Assembly: GCA_026023565.1 (NCBI GenBank)
Contig: JAPETS010000007.1
Location: 372,001 to 436,000 of the forward strand
Length of the DNA stretch: 64,000 bases
Source of the DNA: Cirrosporium novae-zelandiae
Taxonomy: Eukaryota
Direction: 5' to 3'
Part shown: positions 1 through 13,543 of the stretch, piece by piece
How positions within the stretch are numbered: position 1 is the stretch's first letter
How the letters are laid out: each line of letters starts with the position of its first letter
Notes under the pieces: model-generated
What the model was told of the DNA's origin: nothing
The model's database searches: none
Seen by the model: only the letters and a program-made list of their open reading frames with translations
Position numbers and translations under genes: made by a program

Positions 1-279
1 CAGCTCTAAGCTGCTTTGAGTAAATATCCCCCTTGAATGCCAATATTTTTTTATCTGATTCTTGAAATCCCATGTCTACATTACAAATCAAAAGCTGGCA
101 ATGGTTATTCGTGCCAAAGTGATGCATCTTGACTATTCTGTAGAGGAGAAATATATAAGCTCGAAAACGATAACAATTTTTTTTCTATCTACAGCGTTCT
201 CTATTCGACGCTTTTTCTGGTTTTCTGCGCATCAAAATTCTTTATACGTCTATATATTATACATCTACCATTGACTACA

Positions 280-1745
280 ATGGCCTCATCGGATCCTAAA
301 TATGATATTATCGTTCTAGGTGCAACAGGCTATAGTGCAAGCCTTTGTGCAGAGCACATCACAACTCATTTCTCAACCGATCTTAAATGGGCAGTTGCAG
401 GTAGGTCTGCGATGAAGCTCGAAGCGCTGGTAGATGAGTTGAAGCGATTGAACCCAGATCGTCGGCAACCTGGTATGTCTCAGCCTCATACACGAGGAGT
501 GCATTATTATATTGCTTACTTCTGGAAGGAATCGAGGTCATACAGCTCACAAAAGAGGAACTGGAGGGTCTTGTGCGGAAGACTCGAGTGCTTATCAATG
601 GAATTGGACCATACCATCTCCATTCCAGTCCTGTGGTAGAAGCTTGTGCTAACAATGGCACTCATTACCTCGATTTGTATGCATTCGATTCTGATAGCAT
701 CCAATTTGTTCTAGTCTAAAAAACTTAGCACCACGGAAACAATGTGGGTCAGCGATATGGTTCAACGATATCACGACAAAGCGAAAGAGACCGGTGCTAT
801 TGTAAGTGATTCGTATTCGACAATTAAGGATTAGACTAACTCCTGGTGGATTATCCCATCAATTTCACTGGCGAGCTCACCATCTGATATTCTCGCTTTT
901 CTGGTCGCCTCCTCAATGCGAAAATCTCATCTATCTGGGACATCGGAAGCCATATGCTCAGCCGGAACGAAGTAAGTCTTCCCATTGAGAATATATACCT
1001 CTAACTCACACACCTTTGATACAGACTGCAGGGCATGAGCCGAGGCTCCTTCGAAACTGTCCTTACTGTGATGACCCATTACGGCGTGTTCTGGTTCCTC
1101 AGTGGCAACTCTTGGCGTCTCTCACCCACCCAAAGGCCCGCACATATTACCAGCACTACCTTTCTCTCCCGCCTCCTAGGCTACCGTCGTGTTCCTGAAC
1201 TAGGCATCCTTACAACATTCTTCAATGGCCTCCAAAACGAATCTGTCGTGCACCGTAGCAAAGGCCTGATGCCTGACATCTACGGCCCGCAGTTCTATTA
1301 CCACGAATATCAGCCAGTTGATAGCATGTTCGTAGCCATCGGAACAAATTTTGTCCTTAAGCTCGGCATTTTTCTCCTCATGTTTCCTCCAATCCACTGG
1401 CTCGTGAAAATCCTTTTCAGCTCTTCCCTCCACGCACCAGGGCGAGAATCGAGCCGTAAGGCCGCCGAGGAGGAACGACTCGACTACAGGACAATCGGTA
1501 CAGCATATGAAGGCAAGGGTGAAGAAGCTAGAGCGGAATTTGTTTACAATGGGTCAATGTACTATCTCAGTGGCCTGCTGGGTGCCGAGGCAGCGATGGT
1601 CCTGGTTGGGGAGGACTGTAGGGCTAAGGAGATAGGCGGAGGTGTCTTGACGCCCGCAACATTGGGGTTGCGGTTTGTGGAGCGGTTGAGAAACGCAGGA
1701 GTGGAGATTAATGTTAAAGCTGCGGGGGAGTCGTTCGTTAATTGA
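280..1745 (+). CDS. Saccharopine dehydrogenase-like NAD(P)-dependent oxidoreductase (5 exons; third intron acceptor looks defective)
   Basis: N-terminal Rossmann motif DIIVLGATGYSA...WAVAGRS. Spliced middle reads NGIGPYH...VVEACANNGTHYLD; C-terminus GGGVLTPATLG..FVERL. Intron donors at 473, 677, 802 and 972. Confidence 0.85.
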
Positions 1746-2538
1746 AAACGCGTGCAGTCATGTTCGAGCTCTTTGATGCTACATATGGAAAAGTGCTATA
1801 AGAGCTGAGGTTTCGGGGGATAGGTATGGAAGATTTTTGATACTAAGGGTGGGACTTCAAGACCGTATGTATAATCAAGTATATACCTCACCATAGCACG
1901 GGATCGACTCCAATGTAAGAAAAACTTGTTATGTTGATGATATGACAAAAAAAGGACGACCAAAAAGTAGTAATTCAAACCTAGTTCCGATAATTGGATT
2001 TATTTTTGACTTGCGTAACTCACCCACACATAGATTACAACTATTAACTTCCACCCTTTTAAATGGTTTTCGCACTTACCTATAGTAACAAGTACCAAGA
2101 GAGTAAATTCATTAGCCTTAGCTTATCCTTCTCTCGCGCAAGTAGGTCGCCTGTATGCCCAAGTCTCCTCCGGTCAGCTCTTTTAATTTCGGCATTTCTA
2201 GAGATTTCGGGGGCCATCTTGGGTTGGTAGAAATATAGTAAGCTAACAAAAGTACATTAAGGAATGATATAACTTAACCTGTGGTGCTTTCGACAGCGAA
2301 AGAAGATTTTATGGAAGTTGTAGCCATGTTCAAGAGTTTTTAGAGGTTCCTGGAAGGTTATTAGGTAATTATCGTCCTTGTGTTGTACTGTACTGTAACT
2401 CATCGCCTAAGTTACAAGGCATCCAAGGTCATGTATTAATAATAGCCTAGTAAATATTTTAAATTCATCGCTTCACCATCTCCTATTATCTACCTAGGTA
2501 CGTACTCAATTTCCGCTACCCGACTTATAATCGGAGAA

Positions 2539-3666
2539 TCATGGTTTTAATATGACATTCGTGCCCCAGGTCAGGTCTTTTGCCGCCTCATCCAATGCCT
2601 CCTTGAACTTGTCTAATCCGTAGGGTCCAACTGATTTAATGCCGACATCCTTACCCAGCTTCACGATGCCTGCCTCCGCCATCTTGATCAGCTGGACTAC
2701 CGTCGCTCGATCATACATGAACCTCGCACGCACCGTCACATTTTTAGTCATCAGGAACCAATAGGGCAATTCAATATCTCCCATTATACCGCCCATCAAC
2801 ACGCACTTTCCACAATGTTTCAATGTCATAATCGAGGCTTTGATATGTGTTGATTTGGCCGCTGATGGAGGTGAGAAATCCACAAAGTGATCGAATCCTT
2901 CGCCTCTAGGACTGGCCTTCGTCAATGCCGCTATATCTTCCTCCACCGATCCAGTCAATTTGGCATAGGAGAGGCGTTGGCCATATGCCTTCCCAAGAAC
3001 TTGTTCCATTTCCTTCAACTTTTCCTCATTTCTTCCAGCCGCAACAACGGTACATCCCAGGGCCAGGGCCATCTCCACAGCCCCTCCTCCATATCCGCCA
3101 GTGGCTGGTGCTACCAGTACAGCATCTCCGCTCTTGACCCCCACATCGCTCATTCCTCCAAACCCCACTAGTATCTGTGGCAGATGACATAAATCCGCAA
3201 TGTCATACCCCAGTTTTCCACAAAGCTTCTCCTCATCCAGTGGAAGCACATTTTCCAATGGAACCTTCGCATACTCTGCAAATGTACCATTTCTAAACTC
3301 TCCATCCATCAACTTCTTCCCCTCCGGGAACCAGCCACTTGTCATACCCATGAGCAGACTCACATCAGGGGCATCCCTTGCCCTTACATTCACGTCGAAC
3401 ATGACAAGCTGGCCTTGGGAAAGCCGCGTAGTGTCGGGGCCAATGGCGTGAACTCGGCCGATGCAGGCCGTCCCCATAACAAGCGGGGTAGAAATGGGGT
3501 AGGGGAGTTTGTTGATGTAGGCAAGGCCGAAGTACCCATTCACCAATGAGCCTAGAACCTGGATTACCAAGGAGCCTGGAGTTGGGGAGGGGATAGGGAT
3601 AGATTCCAGCGAGGGCGGTGTCGCGGGGTCGCGGAGAACAATGCCTTTCTGGGTTTGCGCAGACAT
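2539..3666 (-). CDS. Medium-chain (GroES-like) alcohol dehydrogenase/oxidoreductase, intronless
   Basis: 375-aa ORF with GroES-type P(L)VMGTACIGRVHAIGPD, GTFAEYAKVPLEN and NAD-binding VLVAPATGGYGGGAV. Confidence 0.9.
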   Translation of the reverse strand: MSAQTQKGIVLRDPATPPSLESIPIPSPTPGSLVIQVLGSLVNGYFGLAYINKLPYPISTPLVMGTACIGRVHAIGPDTTRLSQGQLVMFDVNVRARDAPDVSLLMGMTSGWFPEGKKLMDGEFRNGTFAEYAKVPLENVLPLDEEKLCGKLGYDIADLCHLPQILVGFGGMSDVGVKSGDAVLVAPATGGYGGGAVEMALALGCTVVAAGRNEEKLKEMEQVLGKAYGQRLSYAKLTGSVEEDIAALTKASPRGEGFDHFVDFSPPSAAKSTHIKASIMTLKHCGKCVLMGGIMGDIELPYWFLMTKNVTVRARFMYDRATVVQLIKMAEAGIVKLGKDVGIKSVGPYGLDKFKEALDEAAKDLTWGTNVILKP

Positions 3667-4450
3667 GGTTGACGGCGAATACCGTTGGTAGTGATCTTAA
3701 ATATCTTGAGGTAGAGAATATATTACGACTTGCGACTTAACAATTGACAAACTTGAGAAGAATAATCGAAGCTTTATATAGCTACCTCCTCTCTTCCCAT
3801 AACTCAATTCGGGGCTCATAATTATAGCGTGTCCGTTCATCTACTATCAATTCATCCGCTGTAGGTTCCTCCGTCCCGGTCATTTCCATCCTGAGTTGAA
3901 TGGTAGTCTACTATGCAGCTACATTAAATCCGATCCTGCCCCAAACTCCGCGGAGATAATATTCTATTTTTGATGCATGTTATGACGTTTACTAAGCATT
4001 TCAAGCACGGCGAATTGTATCATGATTGGTGGAGCTAGGGTCCGATTCGCCGAGCTCTGCAAAATATCCATCATAGAATGGTACAGTACAGTACAGTACA
4101 CACATCGTTGTTTATCAAACCCTCCTCTTCTCACGGGGCACATGGAAGGATGATGGCACGGATTGCATGTCATAAACCGGTTACAGTCAAGGTTACAGGT
4201 TTGTATATACAGCTTGCATGTTTGCGTGGTTTTTTTAAACCAAGTGTATATCAATTGCCTCTGCAATGAGGATAGAATGACTCGGCAAATTAGGATGGCT
4301 TTATTGATCCTTGTGTACTATCCATCTGTATTCGCAATAGCAGGGACACCAGCTACCTCTCACTATAATTTCGGAGATGCTGTGATATTTTTTATGTCAG
4401 TTCTTAGAAATTAATACCATGTTGATTAGGTTTGCAACATTATAGTAGGG

Positions 4451-6383
4451 CTATTCAGGCTTCCCGTTCCTATTATTACTAGTCTCTAAATATTTCCTTC
4501 TAAGATCGTCCCAGAACTGTCCAGTATACACATCCCCTCTTAAGAATAATGATAGAATAGTAGGATTGTCTTGTTGAAGAACGTGGGTTGCCAAATCCTC
4601 CTTAGACTTAGTCGACCAAAGATATTCCCGATCAGGCTTAAAAGGAGACATCAAGTAAGCGTCGATGATTTTTTTCAATGTTTTGTCGTTAAGCGATCGG
4701 ATGGTTAGATCTTCTAGGGCTGGATAATCACACTGACTATCATCCTTGAGGCCTATGAATTCTTTAAGGATATTTCTCGCTGTCTCTTCATTGATTAACC
4801 GAGACATAATCTTCAGTGCAGAATCCTTAGGTCTAGCATAGAGAACATCTAGAACATGACTGAGATAGACCTCGTCAACTGCGGTTGGGAGACTTTCAGC
4901 AGCATTGGGTCTTGGGCGAAAATCTACCAAGGATAGAGGGATTTTTGGAAAGAACTCTTCGTTATTAGCAACCAAAGGTTCAGCCGGCCTCCTGTCCCAC
5001 ATAAGAACAGGTGGTTTTTGAAAAAATGCTCGTCTCTCGTCTGAACGAACCCAAAATCTTTCCGTCTGGCTCTTAGGTTCCTTTTTCAGCCAGTTTGAAA
5101 TATTTTCTCGGATGGTACTGAATTCCTTTATTCTGGCCGCTCGTGATTGTTCGTCTAGGTCGAGATCCCGTATTTCTTGCAGTAGCTTTAGAGCCTCGGC
5201 TTCTTGTTCTAGCATATTGTCAACTTCAGCATACCTTTTTGTATTGCATTTTTGTAGGTTGCGTAATGTTCGCAAGCGAATCCACCGAGGGTCGACTTTG
5301 CTTTTCGATCCCCTATAATTTCCGGGTCCTTCTTGGAACTCTCCATTTCGGAAAGCTTCCTCCAATTCAGTGAGGGTATCAAGCCATCCCGGTTTCTCGG
5401 GTTTGTTCCTATGGCTATGATACTTAAAACGACTTTCATCGTCGTCGGGAAGCTGAAATCGTCGAGTTTCTGGTATTACAATATTGTTATCTTCCATTTT
5501 TTTGTTGATAATTTGGGCGCTATGTTTCTCAAGACTGGGTTCTCGTTGAAATTCCCTAAGAGACTTAGTACCAACAAGCTGTGAATAATCACAAACCAGG
5601 TCAAGTAGAGGTGGAGTCTTCCCACGATTGAAAATAGTGCGTGGCAGAACAGCTGCTTGAGTGTTTTCAGACATCCAAGCAAGCATCCTCAGATTTTGCT
5701 TTTGGTAGCGTATATTATTGCCGTAACGAAAGATGAGCTCCTGTTCCATATTTTCCGTCGATTTCCACCCCCGAGATCCCGGGGTTGCCGTCCATCTCAA
5801 ATTAGCCAGAATAAGGATCAAATTTTTTGGATCAATAGTGGTTTCTTTCCCTATGGATGATTCTTTTGAGGCAATATGGTTTTCATTTGGTAGAGAAAGG
5901 TCGCTATCGAATTGTAAAAGAGTCTCAACAACATGCCATGTACGGGCAGTCGATTTACTGGTTGGGACATGACAATATGTGGAGCCTGGCTTATCAAGGA
6001 CCTTCTTCAAGAACGGAAAGTAGAGGTGTTCCTCCCATTCCAGAAGGTAGTGTTTGCGAGGCTTTAAGAGATCATGAATTTTGGATGACCATAGCCCAAC
6101 ACCTGGGTTGATGTCAATAATTGGGCAGCCTCGATATGGCTGAAGGGATGGAGCTAGCTGGTGTAGGATTTGATCTACGGCAGAAGAGTAAGTAATGCGT
6201 TTGAACTCAAATAGTTAAGGGTGAAAATGCAGCAGTACCGCATAGTTCAGGATTGACAATATCTGTACGACGTATATCTCCACGGGTTTTGCGGGCTGAC
6301 CTGAGCTTTGCCAATGTCTGTGCTAAGGGATAGTTTTTGGCAGGCTTCCAGAGTTCCCTTGTCATGAAAATACTGGGAGGCAT
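4451..6383 (-). CDS. MTF1: Mitochondrial transcription factor 1 (rRNA adenine dimethylase-like fold)
   Basis: Exon 1 (6383-6239, ...RTDIVNPELC) splices across GT-AG intron 6238-6175 to DQILHQLAPSLQPYRGCPIIDINPGVGLWSSKIHDLLKPRKHYLLE. Later motifs LLWDRR-type (LMWDRRPAEPL), EFFP and LSLVDFRP. The ATG choice is inferred. Confidence 0.8.
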
Positions 6384-6804
6384 GAGAAAGTCTAAGTTAG
6401 GTAAGTGATGAAGAAGTGAAAAGTTATTCAGCTTTGAATAATTATTTTGGACATAATTAACATTCCCGGTACTTTGCACCGGACAAGCCGATCTCGGTAA
6501 TCGCGGGCGATAAGATAAAATCATCAATCATTCACTGTTCACGCAACTTCATCCATCATGAATTGTAATTTACCAATATTTATGAAATGGAGGCTTCGGC
6601 CAAGGTGCTCTTAGCTACTACTAAGGTATTACGAGGAACCTATCATTCTTTAACTTTGATCCTAGATTAACCACCTCATTGTTTGTATTGACTAAATGTT
6701 TACCTATTATCTACTTCTTCGAAGCGCCACCCTACCTTCCACCCAGCATTACACACACTGAAACCCAGAAACCCCACGGATATCATCCGTCAATATTTAT
6801 CATT

Positions 6805-8503
6805 ATGGATAATTTTGGGACTAGCACGCCTCAGAACGTTGAGCAGATTACGAAAAGAGCGCAGCAGTTTGAGTACAATCCTCTTGTACCTCTGAAGTAC
6901 TGGCTTAGAACCGCATCAACGTTGAATAAAGAGGTTCACATTCTCCATCTTCAACTACAGGCTTTAATTTTGTCAGATTACTGAACACTACTATCTAGGC
7001 TGAGATTTACGAACATGAAAGCAATGATCAACAAACTTACTTCCTTCTTTTCCGGCATGCTGCACTAGTCCTTTCCCATTTGGCTCGAAGCCCAGAAGCC
7101 CAGAAGCCCGAGTATATCCCAGCCCTATCCGAAGCGAAGCGACAGGTAAAGAGAAATCTATTAAAACTTGAGACCCTCCGACCGCGGATAAATGATCGCC
7201 ACAGCCGTTATATGAAACGCATCGTTGAGCGGGACAAGAGGAAAGCGGTTTCGGGCGAGTTAGGACAGTTGGATGGAGAGTTAAGCCAGAATGACCGAAT
7301 ACTGTGCGACCAATCTGCCGTAAGGCGCAAGTCATGGGCCTTGGAAGCACGAGAAAACAAGGACCTGGCATTGAGGATTGCAAATGCAGCAAAACAAGCA
7401 GAGATAGACAAGGCACTGGGCAGCGCCCAAAGAACAGGTTTCCGGGTCGATCGGTGTGATCCTTCAACATCTACAACCTCATCAACAATGACGGACGACT
7501 CCGATGAGGTGGATGAAAAAGAAGACCTGTTTCAGCGTATACGGCAAGTGAGATTACAGATGGATGATCCAAAGTCAAAAAATCATTCCATAGTTCCTTC
7601 AAGGGACAACTTAGATCACCGATATCATTATCCTTTGGTTCCTACCAGACGTGCGCCTCTAGACCCAGTAGCCCCTACGCTACCACCTAAAGTCAGCATA
7701 TCCCATGAGGAAAGAAATAGCGTAGAGTCAGTTGAAGCTTCATATGAACCACCACCACCAAGACCTGAGAAGCCAATCGAATTTACTCCGGCCCGTGAGC
7801 AAAGCCTGAGCTCTGGATCAATGACTCCAGATTCCGTAGCCGATTTGCAACCACCCGCGCCTTTCAAACCATCAGCCTATCTTGAAAACGGTTCTGCTCT
7901 GCGTACCATTTTCCTCCCCCCTGGCCTACGCCACCACTTTCTGGAGGTCGCTGATACCAATACTCGGGCTAACCTGGAAACATGTGGCTTTCTTTGCGGA
8001 GTTTTGAAGCGGAATGCATTCTTCATCAACACTCTTGTCATTCCTCATCAGACGAGCACATCTGATACTTGTGAGATGACCAATGAATCTGAATTATTCG
8101 ACTATTGTGACTCGAATGAATTGCTTACACTAGGCTGGATACATACACATCCTACTCAGACATGTTTCATGAGCAGCCGAGATCTACATACTCATGTTGG
8201 CTATCAGGTCATGATGCCAGAGAGTATTGCGATTGTATGCGCCCCAAGCAAAAGAGAGTAAGTAGCACGCTCTAATTATTCTAGTTGAGACACCTGTTTG
8301 CCTAACTAAATGAAAATAGGTGGGGTGCCTTCCGACTCACCGATCCACCCGGATTGCAAATGATTCTTAATTGTCAGCTGCCGGGTGTATTTCATCCTCA
8401 CGAAGTTGACAACCTCTACACCGATACCCTACGGCCGGGGCATGTATGTGAAGTTGAAGGAATGCCATTTGATGTTGTAGATTTGCGACACAGGAAAGAG
8501 TAA
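6805..8503 (+). CDS. sst2: AMSH/STAMBP-like endosomal JAMM/MPN+ deubiquitinase (3 exons)
   Basis: N-terminal USP8-dimer/MIT-like PLKYWLRTA...YFLLFRHAALV. MPN domain NLETCGFLCG and JAMM motif GWIHTHPTQTCFMSSRDLHTH. Last exon WGAFRLTDPPG...FHPH. Introns 6934-6998 and 8258-8319. Confidence 0.92.
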
Positions 8504-8910
8504 GATATGACCGGGTGGCTAAGGCTGTTAATGCTGGATGCTCTCCGCATTATAAGTAGACATTATTGTTTCATGACTCTTCCTATTTAAAAGGCGTTGA
8601 CCAATTAGATGCATGTCGGGCATGTACTTTATGGGCTCTTAATTGCTGGCTTGACTGATACCCCCGAGGATGTTTATATAATTACATGTCTTTTCCACAA
8701 CCTAATACCTATCGCAAAATAACAAGTTACGGGAAGCCAGCCACTTATCTATGAATAATAATTCGAAAAAAGACGTCATCAATTATAAAACTACGTCAGT
8801 ACCTAGGTATCTTATGGTTAGCTTCAAAACCAAATATTAAATAGACTACTCGAGTAGACCAGACTAAGACTTTTGAAATTAGTGCTAATCTTGACAAACA
8901 ATTTACATAG

Positions 8911-10183
8911 ATGATCGTCATGTTCAATACATTGCGCCATAACTTTGAGCAAGCCTTCTTCATCCCCACTCCCACTCTAACGGAGAAGAGCCTGCCTGAC
9001 CAAACAGATAAGGTAGGTCTGTACGTAAATCCCGACCCTTTTTATCTTTATACGGTCCTTGCCTAGAAGCATATCACTAAACCCCGTGCTAAAAATCTAT
9101 TTATCAGGTTTTTATCGTAACGGGTGGTAATACAGGCTTGGGCTTTGAGCTCTGCAAAATTCTCTATGCAGCAAATTCAACTGTGTACCTTGCAGGCCGT
9201 TCCGAGTCAAAGTGCCTGAAGGCGGTTGAGGAGATCGAAGCAGCATGTCAGAAGAGTAGAGGGAACATTGTGTGGTTGAAGCTTGATTTAGGGGATTTAG
9301 GGAGTATTAAGGGAAGTGTCGAGGAATTTTTGGCCAAGGAGAAGAGGCTGGATGTGTTGTGGAATAATGCCGGCGTCATGGCTCCACCAAGGGGGTCGAA
9401 GACCATTTCGGTGAGAATATAAACTATCCCATGGAGAGAAAACTGGGGACGAGATGGGGCAGGGATGGCGATGTTCTACACATAAATGCCTGCTAACGGT
9501 CCTCGCTATTTAGGGCCATGACCTGCAGATGGGTACCAACTGTCTCGGACCCTACCTCTTAACTCAACTGCTCCATCCAATTCTTGCCTCTACGGCGAAA
9601 GATGCCCCGTCGAATAGTATTCGAGTCTGTTGGGCAGGCTCCGCAGCCATCGATGTACAAACCCCAACTAATGGCATTTCACTTACTCCAGCGGGCGATC
9701 CCATAGACACTAATGTGGCCTACTTGTATGGCATGTCCAAGGCTGGAAATCTGTTCTTGGCAGAGGACTTTGGACGACAGACGGAGGCGAAGGGGGAGGG
9801 GATTGTTAGCGTGGTGTGTCTTATGAATCATCTTTCATTCTACCTGACCATGAATTGTTGTCCCACGAAGTTGCTAATAATTATTTTAGTGCTTTAACCC
9901 AGGTAACCTACGCTCCGGTCTAGTGCGCTACATACCTTGGATTATACGTGTGCTCTTCAATTATCTGTACTTGCATCCAACTATCTATGGTGCATACACG
10001 GAGCTCTGGAGTGGTCTTTCTCCAGAGTTGACTACGGGACATAACGGCAGGTATATCGCTCCGTGGGGTAGGCTGTCACATAATCGACCTGACATAGAAA
10101 ATGTGAGGGATGAGAAAGGGGAAGACGGGATTAGGGGTATGTTTGTTAAGTGGTGCCGGAGGGAGACGGGGAAGTATATATGA
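8911..10183 (+). CDS. Short-chain dehydrogenase/reductase (retinol-dehydrogenase-like), 4 exons
   Basis: VFIVTGGNTGLG, LDVLWNNAGVM, GTNCLGPYL, catalytic YGMSK, NPGNL and GRYIAPWG. The start may be 8911 or 8920. Confidence 0.9.
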
Positions 10184-10374
10184 CGTTAAAATCATTTTGA
10201 TATATCTAGTAGCTATTCGGCTGGCCAGGTTAACAGTTCCCGTGGATCCACCATCCTTTTGCTTATAGATATTCGAATGGTTTAGTCTTTGGCTTTGTCC
10301 ATTATAAAACGGATATTTGCAGCAAAAGTACCGCCAACCCATTTTCTTTTGTCACCCTTTCTAGCAAGGCCAAA

Positions 10375-12184
10375 TCACAAACAATACCGGAAGTGCTTCG
10401 ACTCCATATCTGTCATATCCTTAAATCCATTCCTCATTGCTTCCTCATCAGCCCCATCAGCAGTCCTCTCGACAACTCCAAACCTCTTATCTCTTCTCCT
10501 GTTCTCCCATTGTAAGTACAGTCTTAAAATAATGGCAATGGCAATGACCGCGCCATAGCAGATACAAAGTCCGACGATAGCTGAGAAATAACGCGGGGCT
10601 TCCCATGAGAAGAATATGCTGGCACCCGCGACATTACCACCCGCGTAAATAGCGAACCAGAGACCGTTGGCGATGGATCGCTTAGTGTGTCCGGCAATGT
10701 TGGACGTGAGAAGATTCCAGGAAAGGATTACGGGAGCGCCGAGAATGCCTTGGAACCAAGTGCAGGCTATGAGGCTCGTTAGTAGACCGTGGTTATTCTG
10801 GGACATGAGGGAAACATACCAACAAGAGACCATTTATGTGACAAGGGCGTAAAGCGAATACCAATAAGACCACTCAATGGTGGAATGCAACTGATTGCGA
10901 TCATGATGAGACGAGAATCCTTGATGTATGTGGCTGCTAGTCCGAAGAGCGGGACGAAAATAAATTCTAGAGCCCCATTTGGCATTTGGTAAAGCGTGGC
11001 ATCAATACCGCCAAATCCGAATCCCTTGATCAACGCGGATCCAAAATTAGAGACTCCCCCGTTAAGGACCCCGCAGGCCAGGCCACTTAATGTGAGGCAA
11101 AGGACCTTAAAGTCTAATGCGGCTTCCCTAGCTTGAGAAAGCTTGTATCCTTTGGTCTTGACGCCGATCATGTTCTCCGCGACACGATCGACAGCGACAA
11201 CTCTTTGCTTATGGTTAAGAAATTTGGCGGAGGTCGGGGAATCGGGCATGAACCACAGCTATAATATTAAACATCAGATCAATCCTACCTCGCATAGAGA
11301 CGTTGGAAACACATACAAAAACCCAACCCCAAGAGAAGTTCATCAAACCAATCACCAAGAAAATCAACTTCCAGGGAGCAAGAGACGAGTTTTTTACATG
11401 GCCCAGACCATAGCCCAATAATGCACCCCACATTGAGGCCATCCCGTTACATCCAAGCATCAGACACATCCTCAATGGCTGCTCCGAGCGCCTGTAGAAC
11501 ATGGACATGATAGCCATGCAGGCAGGAGATATCGCGGCTTCAAACATCCCTAGCATGAATCTAAGAATAAGAATCCCAGCGTAGTTCTCCAACCCAACGT
11601 GTGCGACTAAGAGGATACTCCAAGTTATGAGCATGCCTCCGACGTATTTGGCTACGGGTAGCCGTTGGACCATGAGATTTCCAGGGATGGCCCAGAACAT
11701 GTAGCCAAAATTGAAGATGGCGGCTACCCAGGAGTATCGTTGTCTACAATATGATAAATTATCATAGTCAGCTAGTAACTACCTCAAGGCCAGGATCCAT
11801 AGCATGAGTGACTATAAAGGTCTCAAAACAACATACCCAACTAAATTTAGGTCGTCCTTCAAGGAATATGCAGATGCATAATTCAGTGAAAGCTTGTCGA
11901 GAAACTGAAGCGTGTAGGTAACCATGATCTACAAATTCGATCAACACCGCTTCCGAGACGGATTCAATTGCAGAGAGAGCCCTTACAATAGGCATAATAC
12001 GCCAGTCTAGCTTTTTTAATACTAATGCCCTCTCCGCCTGCAATTCCTCTGGGGATAGCTCATCTATCTCGGCGTAAAGCTCGGCTCCTATATCGCGAGA
12101 GGTGGTTATTTGGTGGATTGTCCCGGTGTTTTCTTCAGAGTCCGTTTGTACGGTGGTAACTTCTTTCTCAAACTTGGAATCCAT
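10375..12184 (-). CDS. MFS transporter, allantoate permease (Dal5-like, anion:cation symporter) family
   Basis: KLDWRIMP, LQFLDK, RFMLGMFEA, YRRSEQPLR, MPDSP...FL, SNIAGHTKR and WENRRRD across spliced exons. Confidence 0.9.
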
Positions 12185-12238
12185 CCTAAATGTTTTCGGG
12201 GATAGGAACTCCCGTAGAATAAGGAAGTGAACTTCGGA

Positions 12239-12660
12239 GATAATTTCAGGCCAGGGAAAGTAATAAACACCACACTATAATATATCTATTCCTTATCTGT
12301 ATTATCTCTTGTGGCTCGTTGAAATCCGCACAAGTTGCTGATAAGTATAATGTCATTGAGGCCCAGTGAGACTGATGTGCCGAAGCTTTTTGTGGTTCCT
12401 GTATCGAGCCCACGAAGCAAAGACCTCGCCAAGCATGTACATTAATGGGGTTGAACCCATCTTTGAATGATAGACAAGTAAAAGTCGACTATTCACAAAT
12501 ATAATTGGTCAGTCCATCTAGTAGGGAATTTTGTTCGTTGAAGAAAGATGGAGATGGGCTGTAAATGTAACATGCTGAACTTATGTGGTTTGTGCTCTTG
12601 ACCTGTGCCAAGACCGGACTTGATGTCCCCTGTTATCTGGGGAGCGAAGTACTTCTTATC
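12239..12660. promoter_or_regulatory. Cluster of GATA (GATAA-core) sites upstream of the permease
   Basis: GATAAT 12239, CTTATC 12292, ATTATC 12301, GATAAG 12340, GTTATC 12632, CTTATC 12655. Confidence 0.45.
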
Positions 12661-13543
12661 TCGTACCTATAGAAGCAAGGGCTGAGAATAATAAGGCATT
12701 GGTTAGAGTCGTTATAAGTGGACACAAACCCGGAGAGAGAGACGAAAAGAGAGTTATGCTTTTAAAACTTTTATGTAAAAATATCATAACGAGAGACGAT
12801 GAATCAACAATTGAAGTGGACCGCAACCAGTATCAAAAAGAGAGTCGCCATCATTCATACCATATTCTAGCATGAAGCTATTGCGAATCCCCTTCGTGAG
12901 GGTGACTATCAGTACAATGAATTAAACTTTCGTACTTAGGCTGTCACACTTGGCACGTGCTTGACTAACTCACTTCAGTATCGTCTACGGCGAAGGATCT
13001 AAGAAGACATGCACATGTGATTTTGTGTATGGTTCTTTATTAAATTTATCCAAAATATTCTAGTTATACTATCTAGTCTTGGCACGGCATCTTCCGAGAT
13101 CCTTAACAGAAACCACACACACAATCTGCATGACCTGACAGACATGATTGTGTATAAAGTGAGTAAGCACTGCTATGATTCTCCTATTTACTCAAATGTA
13201 TTCTTGATCTCGTCAGCCTTGCTTCCTAAACACCAGCATGTTGAATACGAAAAACTGCACGAATACGGAATGTCTTCACTTTGGAAAGACTCGTTATTAC
13301 TAAAAATATAGTCTTCATTAAGGTAATCAAGTCCATAAGATTATAACACCCAATCATGTTTCTCAAATATTGGGGAAATTTTACCTACGGTAATTTGTGA
13401 AATACACTTGCATGTTTGATTGTCAGTCCCTAAACCGACATCATTGGCGCATTAGCAATACATCTTCGTTACCGATACAAAATCTCACTTCTCCTTCCAG
13501 AATACTTAAAGTCTGTACAGTATCATCATCAAGCATTCTCACA

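Noticed and set aside
4080..4101. (GTACA)4 repeat and short ORFs at 3964-4414
   Set aside because: Short simple repeat in intergenic/3' UTR sequence; the ORFs have no coding signature.
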